Source: Octopus vulgaris
Lineage: Eukaryota
Assembly: GCA_951406725.2 (NCBI GenBank)
Contig: OX597826.1
Coordinates: 55,304,001 to 55,368,000, forward strand
DNA: 64,000 nucleotides
Direction: 5' to 3'
Shown here: positions 1 through 12,673 of the stretch, piece by piece
Numbering within the stretch: the stretch's first letter is position 1
How the letters are laid out: each line of letters begins with the position of its first letter
Translations under genes and position numbers: made by a program
Notes under the pieces: generated by a model
Told to the model about the DNA's origin: nothing
Databases searched by the model: none
Seen by the model: only the letters and a program-made list of their open reading frames with translations

Positions 1-57
1 AAATGTGTGTGCGTGCATATACATATTATGCACACACACACACACACACACACTCAA

Positions 58-113
<56 letters not shown>

Positions 114-144
114 TTATGTATGTATGTATATATATATAAGCACG

Positions 145-175
<31 letters not shown>

Positions 176-317
176 TATATACATATACATAGACATATGT
201 ATGAATGTATGTATACATATATACACGTATATATATACGTATATATATGTATATATATATATGTATATATATGTGTGTGTGTGCGTGTGTATATATATAT
301 ATGTATATATATATATG

Positions 318-385
<68 letters not shown>

Positions 386-390
386 GTATA
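1..390. repeat. Compound (CA)n/(TA)n microsatellite
   Basis: Dinucleotide arrays visible directly; the overlapping YI/HT ORFs are translation artefacts. Confidence 0.97.
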
Positions 391-1117
391 CTTAGTTTGC
401 TACATAAAAATACGGATGCAAAAAGCATACGCACACATAACCAGGCAACCATATGTTTTGGGGGTTTTTTTCGTGTGTGCGTGAGTGAACATAGATAAAA
501 TATAAATAACGTTAATTGCTAGATATATAGAAATGGGGAAACACATGTACACAACCTGCCCATCTTATGGTATACAGATAGATATATGGGTATTTTGTTC
601 GTATAATATATTTATTTACATTGTCTCCTATGAAGTGTCAAGAAACTATTTCATACCACTCGTTATGCATATATCACGTCTTAAGACGTTTACGAGAACA
701 ACCTAAGACAGAGAAAAGATTTTTATGATCTACGGGAACCGAACAACGCTTCCGTTGCACGCTGAATGACTGCGTTATCAAATAGATCAACAATGTTTAA
801 TTAATCGTATGGTCCAAATATGCTGATATAAACGTTTTACGGGGAAAAACCAACATCATTATCTCACAATCTATCACATGAGTATAGCACGTAGCTTCGG
901 AGCCACTCAAACACCAGCAGATAGACTTCCTCAGTTCATTCGGAGACAGCGTTCTGACCAACGATTTGTGTCTTCATTTTTGGTTGTTTTGTCATTGAGT
1001 ATTTTCTATGATGATTGTATTATCAATTTTAATTTAAATATATAAAATATGACGTTCTTAATTTTATTTATCTAACGTCAAATAGCTTTTATTGTTTTAT
1101 TGTTTTATTGTTTTATT

Positions 1118-1326
1118 CTTTTATTCGCTTCAGTCACATAGTTGCGGCCATGCCGGAGCACCGCCTTTAGTCGAACTAATCGATCCCAGGACTTATTCTT
1201 TGTAAGCCTAGTACTTATTCTATCGGTATCTTTTGCCGAACCGCTAAGTTACGGAGACATAAACACACCAGCATCGGTTGTCAAGAGACGTTGGTGGGAC
1301 AAAGACAGTCACACAAACACACCCAC

Positions 1327-1360
<34 letters not shown>

Positions 1361-1431
1361 GTCGGGATTCTTTCAGTTTCCGTCTACCAAATTCACTCAC
1401 AAGGCCTTGGTCACCGAGGCTATAGAAGACA

Positions 1432-1482
<51 letters not shown>

Positions 1483-1552
1483 TCGTGATTCATTCAGTTT
1501 CCGTCTACCAAATTCACTCACAAGGCCTTGGTCACCGAGGCTATAGAAGACA

Positions 1553-1613
<61 letters not shown>

Positions 1614-1777
1614 ACGGGCTTCTTTCAGTTTCCGTCTACCAAATCCACTCACAAGGCTTTGGTCGGCCCGAGGCTATAGTAGAAGACACTTGCCCACGGT
1701 GTCACGCAGTGGGGCTGAACCTGGAACCATGTGGTTAGTAAGCAAGCTACTCACCAAACAGCCACTCCTGCGCCTAT
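1118..1777 (-). mobile_element. tRNA-derived SINE, family A (internal microsatellite), with internal tandem triplication
   Basis: Reverse complement of the copy at 4887-5312 (tRNA-like head at ~1700-1777). The block ttcagtttccgtctaccaaa...gaggctatag occurs three times, separated by (TA)n. Confidence 0.9.
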
Positions 1778-2029
1778 CACAGCCACTCCTAGTAAGTAAA
1801 TGAAAAAATGCTAATTTTCTTCAATGAAAAAAAAGACCAGTTAAACTAATAAATAAAACAGCATGTACAATTTAGATCGTGCTAAATCTGTCACATGAAG
1901 ATTCTCTGTGCTACCCATTTCTTTTTACGTCCTAAGCACAAACTGGTTTTCTTTAACAATTTACTAGTTAATCTGGACCTGTGCATAACTCACAACAGTA
2001 GTCATACTTAAACATATAGCAATCCTTAC

Positions 2030-2300
2030 ACTCTGGCCTAGTTTAACTTTCCCAATTGCGCTGTGGTCACTGCCAGAATCTGCCATATTAGCGAACTAGA
2101 TTGTACTGTGGAGAGAGCAAATCATGTCCACGCTGTCATACTGCACCTCACACTATTCTTCATTGCTTGTCACAGTTTGCAGTATGGTCCTCAGATAGTA
2201 GAAAATGGTATACTTAGAAGGCTGAATCTGTGAGCTGTGCTTCGTTACTCTTCCCGTTACTTGTGTGTCACAGGTCTGTTTCATCACGGGAGCCCTGGGG
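2030..2300 (-). pseudogene. Possible decayed LINE apurinic-endonuclease remnant
   Basis: Minus strand gives ...QVTGRVTKHSSQI... and ...ADSGSDHSAIGKVKL, resembling the APE motifs TW..SQIDY and AD.GSDH..L...KL. Very degenerate. Confidence 0.3.
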
Positions 2301-3193
2301 ATGCACAAGAAAATAACACCTTAACGTTTAGAATAAAATCTAGGATACCGGCAAATTCGTGATGCTGTTTAGCGGCAGAAATATCTCTATAAGAATACAA
2401 CTATAACATTTTTGCCATCTAGTGTGAAGCTTAAAGGTTCTGGCTTTGCAAGCCATTCTGAAATACGAGAAAAACAAGCAAAGAACTTTGCTCATTTTCC
2501 CGCCTTGGGAAAACTGCATCGAGGCTCTTTGACCTAATTTTAATAAGACCCGACTTTTCTGGAATTACACCATACCGTCATATAAAAGAAGGGTATTGCT
2601 CGATATAAATTGAGATATACAAATCGACAGAATGGTCACAAAACGAACGGAATTCTTTTATTTACAGGCATGCTCAACCAAAGCTGAACAAGAGGTAAAT
2701 AACAGTATTTAATGCTTACTCGAAACTGAAATATTCAATATGCGATTTGCTAGACACAACAGCCATTTTTGATTGCGTCACTTCCTACAATGTTACCATC
2801 TTTGCCCTCCACGTAAAAGTAAAACAAGAAAAGGATGGCAAAGGGTGTTGTTTATTATCCAACAACGAAACCTTCGTGGCTCATTTGATCTAATTTCAAT
2901 ATACAGCTCTAACAACGGAAGGACATTGCACAATTTAAAATGAGATATATAATTCAACAGAATAATCATGCGGTGAATTTAATTATAGGTTTACTAAAAG
3001 TATCAGAATGCAATTTGCTACGTAAAGCAACCACATTTTGTTCAATACGGACAACTAGAGAATTACAAATAATGTTTCATGCCAGCAAGAAAGAGAAGCA
3101 ATGTCAGGCATACAGTTCAATAGTTAAGTGATGAGAAATTCTGTATATTATTTACATCATCTTGTTTGTTATTAACACAACGTTTCTTCAGTT

Positions 3194-3482
3194 GTACCAT
3201 GCAGCCGTGGTAGGTTATACAGGGGTGAAACATGCCACCCCCTCAAAATAAGGGTAGACGAACATCGCAAAACTGTGACACAAGGAGATATTGATAAATC
3301 GGGTATAGCTGATCATGTATGGAAAAATGGAGACTACCTCCCCCTGTGGGATGTAGTTAAAATAATAGACAGAACACCACTGGAAAGTACGAAAACTAAA
3401 AGAAGCAGCAAATATGCTAGGACAAAACAACCTCCTAAGCAGACCGAGTGTAGATATGAGCAGCATGTGGGAACCGGTATTC
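3194..3482 (+). pseudogene. Penelope GIY-YIG endonuclease C-terminal fragment
   Basis: Translates VPCSRGRLYRGETCHPLKIRVDEHRKTVTQGDIDKSGIADHVWKNGDYLPLWDVVKIIDR, then after a frameshift HHWKVRKLKEAANMLGQNNLLSRPSVDMSSMWEPV. This matches the PLE pattern PC.CG..Y.GET...L..R..EH...S.IA.H...R..KEA. Confidence 0.88.
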
Positions 3483-3714
3483 AGGCAGCGAGCTGACAGA
3501 AACGTTAGCACGCCGAGCGAAATGCGTAGCCGTATTTCGTCTGCCGTTACGTTCTGAGTTCAAATTCCTCCGAGGTCGACTTTGCCTTTCATCCTTTCGG
3601 GGTCGATTAAATAAGTACCAGTTACAGACTGGAGTCGATACAATCGACTTAATCCGTTTGTCTGTCCTTGTTTGTCTTCTCTGTGTTTAGCCCCTTGTTG
3701 GTAGTAAAGAAATA
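3483..3714 (+). mobile_element. tRNA-derived SINE, family B (young tail), inserted into the Penelope ORF
   Basis: Head ggcagcgagctgacagaaacgttagc...gagttcaaattcc, conserved core gaggtcgactttgcctttcatcctttcggggtcgat, tail ...gtagtaaagaaata. Flanked by ggtatt on both sides. Confidence 0.92.
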
Positions 3715-3780
3715 GGTATTAAGGTAGGATAGAAAAATATTAGATTTATAGGCCCTAAAATTCACTCTATAATTGCCCAC

Positions 3781-3853
3781 GGGCATATGGCGTAGTGATT
3801 AAGAGCGCGTGCTACTAACCCCAAGATTCCGAGTTCGATTCCAAGCAGTGACC
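3781..3853 (+). promoter_or_regulatory. tRNA-like sequence (Pol III A/B boxes) inside the Penelope pLTR
   Basis: A box tggcgtagtgatt, anticodon-like arm gcgtg-ctactaa-cccc, B box gagttcgattcc. A better-preserved copy lies at 44103-44168. Not a bona fide tRNA (poor acceptor stem). Confidence 0.75.
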
Positions 3854-3952
3854 TGAACACTAATAGTAATAATATTAATAATAATAATGAGGATGATGAT
3901 AAACATGGAAAAATACCTTAGGGATGAGAACCCAGGTTCGAAATTTCCCCAA

Positions 3953-3990
3953 GACACCTGAAGAAGGCTAGAGGGTATATCAGCGGAAAC
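3953..3990 (+). ncRNA. Minimal type-I hammerhead ribozyme (PLE type), 3' arm deleted in this copy
   Basis: gacac-CTGAAGA-aggct...agcg-GAAAC. The missing GTTgtgtt arm is preserved in the inverted copy at 3158-3187 (revcomp gaaacgttgtgttaat). Confidence 0.7.
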
Positions 3991-4886
3991 AAGATGAGGA
4001 CAAATATCCGTCGAATATAAATAATGTAAATAATAAACTTCAGACATGTTTCGCTCTTATTATAACCTCAACCTTGCAGCATAGACTTCGCTGTGGTTCA
4101 CGATGTAGTGTCAAGAGAGTCTCTTATAAATTTATTATATTGTACACTGGTTGTCGGCAAACAGCTTTTACTCCGTGGTTTTAAATCATGTTAGACAATC
4201 AGGCAGTCATAAAACGAATGAATTCAATTTATTATACGTTTCATTCAATGTTGTGTTACTCTGTTTTATTGCTTCTTTATTTTAAATGCACTTTGAGTGC
4301 TATGAAACCAGATTTCAATACATGCGCCATAACACACAGAACAAACGAAGACTGTTAAAAATTCTCTTTTATTTTGATGTATTTCATTAAATGAAAATAC
4401 ACATCCGTAGATTAGCGCAAGCGGTGAGGAATAATCAGAACGGGAATAGTTCATTCGGTACTGAAAAACCTGGCAGAACTGCAAAGTCCAATCCGTGCTA
4501 CGGAATGGTGGCTTGTGAGCCTCAATGCCCCTGCAAGCTGTGCCAGTGGAGTGTAAATTCCTGGTAAGGAATTCTATACTACCTAGGGCAAAAGATACAG
4601 AAGAGAAAAATAAGGAATACCTCATCTCAGAAATAAATCTGGATTTTCGAACAGAGAAGCTTTCTTCTACACAACATCGACAATAACACCAAAGTTTACA
4701 AAATTCTTATCCAGGTTAAGATTCGATGCTTATATAAACAAAGAAATTTGGAGCCTTAATTAGGAGGGAAATTTAAACTATCACCCGTTTAAAACTTCGT
4801 CTCTTGACATATCGTAGCATACAGCGGAGTATTCTATTCTGGGGAGCTTTTCGTCCAGCTTCCTCTCCACAAATCTCGTATTTATA

Positions 4887-5044
4887 CAGGAGTGGCTGTG
4901 TGGTAAGTAGCTTGTTTACCAACCACATGGTTCCGGGTTCAGTCCCACTGCGTGGCACCTTGGGCAAGTGTCTTCTACTATAGCCTCGGGCCGACCAAAG
5001 GCTTGTGAGTGGATTTGGTAGACGGAAACTGAAAGAAGCCTGTC

Positions 5045-5097
<53 letters not shown>

Positions 5098-5312
5098 TGT
5101 GTGTGTTTGTGTGTCTGTGTTTGTCCCCCTACCATTGCTTGACAACCGATGCTGGTGTGTTTATGTCCCGGTTACTTAGCGGTTCGGCAAAAGAGACCGA
5201 TAGAATAAGTACTGGGCTTACAAAAAAGAATAAGTCCCGGGGTCGAGTTGCTCGATTAAAGGCGATGCTCCAGCATGGCCGCAGTCAAGTAACTGAAACA
5301 AGTAAAGAGAGT
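4887..5312 (+). mobile_element. tRNA-derived SINE, family A, near full length
   Basis: A box tggctgtgtgg, B box ggttcagtccc, CORE-like ccttgggcaagtgtctt, internal (TA)n/(TG)n, tail ...gcatggccgcagtcaa..actgaaacaagtaaa. Many copies in the window. Confidence 0.92.
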
Positions 5313-5699
5313 AATATCTATGTGTGTGTGTGGTGGTGGGGGGGGGGGCGTTGTGCATGCACGAATGCGTGTGTGTTTTGTGTCTTTTTGTCTGCATTTG
5401 TCCATTACTATGATTTGACAACAGGTAACTCTGTAACTTAACGATTCGGCAGGAAGAGAGTCATATAATAAGTACAAGGCTTTAAAAAGAAATAAGTTCT
5501 AGGATCCATTCATTGGCTTTAAAAAATTCTTCAAGGCTGCGCCCCAGCATGGTCGCAATCTAATGATTGACACATGTTAAAGATAAATGATACTGCATGT
5601 GTTTTAGTCTATACGCTTATTTGCTGTGTGCACTTTTAGTGTGCCGCTTCTTCTGTTATCTGCTTAATAAATACTACTTCTCTATGAACATTCATAAAA

Positions 5700-5840
5700 C
5701 GCCACTACACTGAGGTCGACTTTCCCTTTCATCTTTTCGGGGGTCGATAAATTGAGTACCAATTGCATACTGGGGTCGATCTAATCGACTGGTCCGCCTT
5801 CCCCAAAATTTCTGGCCTTGTGCCTGGATTAGAAAAGATT
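5700..5840 (+). mobile_element. SINE family B fragment
   Basis: Core gaggtcgactttccctttcatcttttcgggggtcgataaattgagtacc. Confidence 0.8.
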
Positions 5841-6307
5841 CATATAACGCGACCGACATGGGGATATCAATTAACAAACATTTCTGTTGGCCTTATAGAT
5901 GTCTGTGTGTGTCAGTGCGTACCCGTATATGCACGTGTGTCTGCCTCTAGATCGATAGAGACATGTAGAAGTTTGTAATATGTATATACTCAACCAAGAA
6001 GGACCGATAAAATTACATATAAACATACACCGCACTCATTCACATACTCACACATAAGCACATGCATGTACTCACGCATACACACATGTGTATGTATATA
6101 CACATAGAAAACGTTTATGTTTCTTCTATCTCCAATGGTACTTACACAAGAAGTTGCAGTGATCCAAGGAATAAATGTCGAAATCGCCATGACATTAGAT
6201 TGACGGCTGAGGACGATTTTTACAAATTATTTCCGCTTCTTCTATTCTGGGCAAATGTTAGTCTACATAAACGCACAAATGTATCTATATGCACTAGCAC
6301 CCCGCCC

Positions 6308-6310
<3 letters not shown>

Positions 6311-6362
<52 letters not shown>

Positions 6363-7042
6363 TATCAATATATACATCTGTATAGATATGTGTGTGAGCA
6401 TGCATGTAATTACATATTTCAGTCATGGTATTGAAGAAAAAAAGCCCGCGGTTATGTATTCTTAAAAACATTCATATGTCTCCGCGTCTATACAATTTTG
6501 GACAGACGAATATATAATCACAGTCAGTAAATGTATCACTTCATAAAATACATACGCATGCGTGCATATAAACATTATAAGCATACATAATCACCTTCGA
6601 ATATAGTCGTGTTTGTATATACATATATATATATATGTATCTATACACATATATATATATAACCATATATATACATATATATGTATATATATATGTATAT
6701 GAATATATATATATGTATATATACATACATATATATATATGTGTGTGTATGTATATATGTATATATGCACAGTCATACACAACCATGTTTACATATGTCA
6801 TACTTACGTATGTACATAGTCACACGCTGGCATATATGTACGCCCACGCGACCATGAATAAGAGCGTGTATATAGCCATACATGTATGCAAACATACATA
6901 AGTAGACACGTAATGTACATCCATTCGAAAAATTCATATTGATACACAGAAGACACATGCACACACACACACACACACACACACATACATACGCACACAA
7001 ATGTACAAACTGTCAGACGGATACACGACCACATAATACACA

Positions 7043-7074
<32 letters not shown>

Positions 7075-7240
7075 TACACACTGATATATATTCATTTCAA
7101 AGGGACATTTATCAACTGAATATTTTATGATTTCTCACTATTTCGCTATTCATTTGCGGTTTTGATTTTTGTTTTATGATTATTGTTTATTTTGTTGTTA
7201 ATTGCTGTTTTACCTTTTGTAAATCTGTATCTATAAATAA

Positions 7241-7276
<36 letters not shown>

Positions 7277-7603
7277 TCACACAACAAATATATGTAAGTG
7301 CCAGTGTTTAAGTATGTGTACGCGTGTGTATATGACTGTGTGAATGTATATAAAATTATGTATGTACATACACGAATACACGCGTATGCGTATGTATATT
7401 ATATATATATATATACATAAATGCATACATACGCACATGCATACATACATATACATACATACAAACATACATACAAACATACATACATACATACAGGTAG
7501 AGTTACACTTAGAAGCGTACGCTTGTACATACATGGATATCCACAAAGAAATGTATGTATTTATTTATATATGTATTAAACAGCAATTGAAATGTGTGTG
7601 TAT

Positions 7604-7651
<48 letters not shown>

Positions 7652-7775
7652 GTAGAAGCATATATATATATTTAAATATATGCGTGTATACGTTATACAC
7701 ATATGTATAATCCCCCGCACACATGCATCTACAGAGATACACTTGTATGTCTATACGCATATGTGCGTGCTTGTT

Positions 7776-7816
<41 letters not shown>

Positions 7817-8478
7817 ATGTATCTATGTACGAACGAAAGTATATATCTGCACAAATACCAATCTGTGATCAAAGTTACAAATTGATTTAACTGGAAATGA
7901 ATTTTCTGACAATTGCATCGCAAATCTCATCTGCCCACATTACCAAATTATCGAACGTTACACCCGAATAATCTGCCAACGGATGTTCTATCTGCTACTC
8001 CTACTGTTGTTTGTTGATAGAGAGAGTATCAGAAGATATAGGAGGAACACACACGGATAGAAGAAGGAACAGAAACAAATCAAACATGTAGAAAAAAAGA
8101 ACAACAGATAGAAATAAATACGATAGATATATAAGAGAAACATATATGAAAGAATATATAAAATGAATGAATTGCTTTATACAGCATCTAATGACGGAGT
8201 TGTTATTGGTGACGGTGATGATGATGAAGCTGGTGTTGGTGATGTTGGTGGCGGTGTTGGTGGTGGTGGTGGTGTTATTGTTGTTGGTGTTGGTTGTGGC
8301 GGTGGCGGCGTCGGTGTTGGTAATGGTGGTGGGTATTGGCGATGGCATGTGTTATCGGAAAGAACTGCGCGGTGACATTAAGCTAAAAGCCTGTGATGCA
8401 AACTCTGAAACCATAGGAGTCAGGAGTCAGGTTTCACCGGACTGCCACCTATGTCCCTATATGTATATATATAAATAT

Positions 8479-8542
<64 letters not shown>

Positions 8543-8591
8543 AACACACACACACATCAATATATATATACATACATATATATATACACGC

Positions 8592-8634
<43 letters not shown>

Positions 8635-8695
8635 AATATATACATATATGTAAATATTTCCGCATTATACATACATGTATATATCTACATACATA

Positions 8696-8787
<92 letters not shown>

Positions 8788-9020
8788 ATCTATGTATGCA
8801 TACGTATATATATGTAAAAGTATGTGTGCATGTATTTTGTACACAGATATATAGATATACGCACAAATATTTACATAAATATTTAAATATTTATTTAAGT
8901 ATGTAAGCATAGATGCATGTACACACAGACACGCACACTGACACGCGCGCACACACACACACACACGAACGAACGCACGCACGCAAGCATGCACGCGCAC
9001 GCATATACATACACACATAT
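6311..9020. repeat. Microsatellite-dense region ((TA)n, (CA)n, (TACA)n, (GGT)n)
   Basis: Direct inspection; short unique islands at ~7860-8010 and ~8340-8460. Confidence 0.9.
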
Positions 9021-9192
9021 ACTCACCTGCGCCTAATATACTCCGGCAAATATACTAAATTATGCAAATAAATATATATATCTGATTTTTGTACATAGGC
9101 ATGCATGTGAATATACCTCTGCACGTATGTGTGCATGTGTAGCGTGCATTCGTGTCTCTATGTCTACTTGTACATCACGTGTTTCTAAACAG

Positions 9193-9261
9193 ATCTGACG
9201 TGCTGTTAACTGCATATTTAATATGGCGATGGCGATCGCTGGTGTGTTCTAGCTATCGCAG
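9193..9261 (+). CDS. Candidate 69-nt cassette exon of an unidentified host gene
   Basis: Acceptor tttctaaacAG at 9191-9192 and donor CAG|GTAATG at 9262. Length is a multiple of 3, with one open frame (SDVLLTAYLIWRWRSLVCSSYR). No homology recognised. Confidence 0.3.
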
Positions 9262-9729
9262 GTAATGCAATACAGCGTCGCCATATTTAATGAGTCACAT
9301 GACTTTACATGACCACAGCTTTCTATCAACAGGTGATCAGCTCTGTTGACTGCAATGGTTCGGTTGATCACCACCTGTTACTCCTTTACATTATCCGAAC
9401 CCCGCTTTATTTTTTTACACTCGTTTTTATTTCGCTTTCTTTTTCTCTTTCCAAGAACATTCATTAGTGAAATAAGTGTAATAGCTCTGCCTTGATGAAG
9501 CATATCGTGAGATCACAATGAGAGCCTATCTCGCTGCTGCTAATGTCATTGTTCAGTGCTGCTTTTGCTTGATTTGTTGATGTTTTTGTTGTTGTTATTC
9601 CACCCTCCTGCTGTGTAGATTCGGCTAAATATGGAAATTACTAGAACTCATCATCATAAGACAAGAGAAGACTACATTATCGTTATTTGACAGATTCGTC
9701 AACTACATTATCGTTATTTGATAGATTCG

Positions 9730-10085
9730 TTAGAAATTCTGACAAAATTTCTGTCGGCACTCTACGTTCCGAGTTCAAACCCTACCGTGGTCACCTTCGC
9801 CATTCTTCTCTCTGAATCAATGAAATAAAGTACCAAACAAGTACTGCGATCGATGGTATCCACTACCACCTAATCCCTAAAATTACTGTGAGGCCTAGAA
9901 AGTATTATTATTATGTAGCAGCATTTTACCCGTCTTTACGTTCTGAGTTCAAATTCCGCTGAGGTCGACTTTACATTTCATCATTTCAGGGTCGATAAAA
10001 TAAGTACCAGTTGAGCACTGGGGCTGGTGTAATCGACTTACTCCTACCCCCGAAATTACTGGCCGTTTGCCAAAATTTGAAACCA
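9730..10085 (+). mobile_element. Two decayed SINE family B copies
   Basis: gagttcaaa B boxes at ~9771 and ~9946, each followed by the family-B core. Confidence 0.8.
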
Positions 10086-10089
10086 CTGT

Positions 10090-10091
10090 TA

Positions 10092-10148
<57 letters not shown>

Positions 10149-10164
10149 CATCATCATCATCCTT

Positions 10165-10196
<32 letters not shown>

Positions 10197-10198
10197 TA

Positions 10199-10262
<64 letters not shown>

Positions 10263-10807
10263 CATCATTATTGACTGCGGGAGAGCATGACTACCCATCT
10301 GATAAGGGTACACCAGGCATATGCATCACAACCACATGTTCGCGACATACTGATCGCACATCACGATGAACAGTGTATGACCTTGCAGGTGGGGCCCCGT
10401 AAGAATTTTGTTCAGTTTGAGCGGCCCATCTTGCTCAAATGGTCCCTGAATAACGGTTTTCAAGAATGGTGAACGAAACACCTATGTTTCCAGAGGTGAA
10501 TTATCCAAACACCAAAGAATTCCTCTCAACACATGGCTATGATACTCTCTCACTACTTTTGCTCATGATCAGAGAAGCACATATCTTCTGACACTAAGGG
10601 ACGTGTTCAACTGGTTAAGGTCAAACAACTGACAAATAAATCTGTGTATTGAGCAGAATATTTGCTGTAGCCCATCTTTTATACCAAAACAAAACAATGT
10701 ACATGACAACACTTCCAATCAGTTGAGATCAGAAGCCACGAGAGCCACTGCCTGGTACTGCATCATGGCATTTATTATTATGATTATTATTATTATTATT
10801 ATTATTA

Positions 10808-10860
<53 letters not shown>

Positions 10861-10864
10861 GTTG

Positions 10865-10935
<71 letters not shown>
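10090..10935. repeat. (ATT)n/(ATC)n trinucleotide arrays interrupted by a ~500-bp element
   Basis: Arrays at 10090-10272 and 10773-10935. Confidence 0.95.
10273..10772 (-). mobile_element. ~550-bp non-coding (TAA)n-associated interspersed element, copy 1
   Basis: Reverse complement of 63356-63902 and 58968-59537, with the same terminus (aatgcc.tgatgcagtaccaggcagtgg). Short internal deletion near the other end. Orientation is conventional. Confidence 0.88.
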
Positions 10936-12031
10936 GCACCGCATTGGCAAAAATCATTCAAAGTATTGAAAAAAAAATCATTGTGGTACTTCTGGGTCTT
11001 GACATTTTATTTCTCATCATCACGAGACTAACTTTGCATTTCAACTGTTCTTGATTGATAAATGAAAGTTTCATTCAAATGTTTGGGCCGATTTCTTTGG
11101 TGGAGGTTCTCCGCCACATTGCTGGCTTTATATCTATTTCAAAAACAATTATTGCACTTCCATCCCTTAGTTTCTTGAGCTGAATCCAATAACAGCGACT
11201 CTATGTGATTCATTAAGCTGCTAGTAATGGTAGACAAATGGCTGTCTTGAATATAACTGAAAGATATTTTGGATAATATATTATTAGATAAAATGTGAAT
11301 GCAAAACAAAATGGAAGAATGACAGACCGATTAAAGCTAATCTCGGATTAAACAATAGCAATGACCATCAAAATAATCTAAGAGAGGTATCTCTTCGGGT
11401 TTACTTAACCTGTTAGAAATAGCAATTAAATCCCCTGCAAACAAAACCTTACTGCTTTCAAAATGTAAATAGTTTGTATAATGTATTAGAAGATACACTA
11501 AAATTGGGACCCCCCACCCCAAAAAATGAGATTATCACAGCCAGAGCGCTTCCAAACATGGTTCTGTTATATAAATTCTTAAATAACGCTAAAGATCAGG
11601 TATGCTTTCCAATATACTCCAACAACTATTTTATTGAGCTGAACATCTTTTGTGTTATTCTCATCTTCGATATCCTGTACGGCAGTGTTATATGACGAGG
11701 TATCTCAACCTCGGCATATTTTGCATTCTGTGTCATGATGTGATGTGTTACGCACACACACACACACACACACTGTTGTTTTGTGGAGACTTATTTTTGT
11801 AGTAAAAGAAATAGTTGCCCTTTGACTGCTATTTCTAATATTTTCGGTATGTGGTTTAAGCAACTTGTTGCAAAAAAACCCTTATTATAATTATATAAAT
11901 TTTTACCGAATATGGTCCTTTTCCATACCGAAATACTACTAGGTGAAATTTATTGATTTTATTAAATTAATTATATTTCACCCTTTATCTGTATATATAT
12001 ATATATATATATACAACCCCACCATTTATTG

Positions 12032-12074
<43 letters not shown>

Positions 12075-12673
12075 CACACACACACACACACATATGATAG
12101 AGTCTTACACAGTTTCCGTCAGACAAATTCATTCAGAGGGCGTTGGTCGGCGTGAGGCTACAGTGGAAGACACTTCAGCAAGATGCCGCGGAGCGGAACT
12201 GAACCCGAACATACTTGGGTGCAAAACGATTTTCTTAACTACAAAACCACACACGCACACACACACACACGCACACACACACACACGCACACACCCGCAC
12301 ACACATATTCATGCAGACACTCACGCGCGCAAACACACACTCACACAAGCACACACACACGAACACATACACACACACATATATATACATATAAAAGAGG
12401 TTTTTGTTTTCGTAAAATGTTCAATGATATCTTACACGCATTTCATTAACAGAGAATAATCAGTCACCAGAGAACGTAAATAGTAATACCCAGTGTAATA
12501 CTGATAATCATGGTTTGGTGATGAAAAGCGTATAACGTTGAAAATTAATATTCTGTCAAAGACTGTTTAATCTGTTTAGTGTTCAAAATTGTATTCTGTG
12601 ACACCTCAACTAAACGATACGCGGAAATACGTGTCCTCACTGAGATAAAGGAAGAGACATGGAGTTTTAAATA

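Larger units (their letters stand above)
3127..4035 (+). mobile_element. Penelope-like element remnant (family 1): inverted pLTR piece, GIY-YIG fragment, pLTR with tRNA-like cassette and hammerhead
   Basis: 3127-3187 is an inverted, partly deleted copy of the 3' pLTR end at 3986-4035. A GIY-YIG coding remnant follows. The pLTR is shared with the copy at 43900-44257. Confidence 0.85.

Noticed and set aside
4041-4080. Reverse gagcGAAACATGTC suggesting another hammerhead
   Set aside because: The CUGANGA half and stem II cannot be identified; too degenerate to call.
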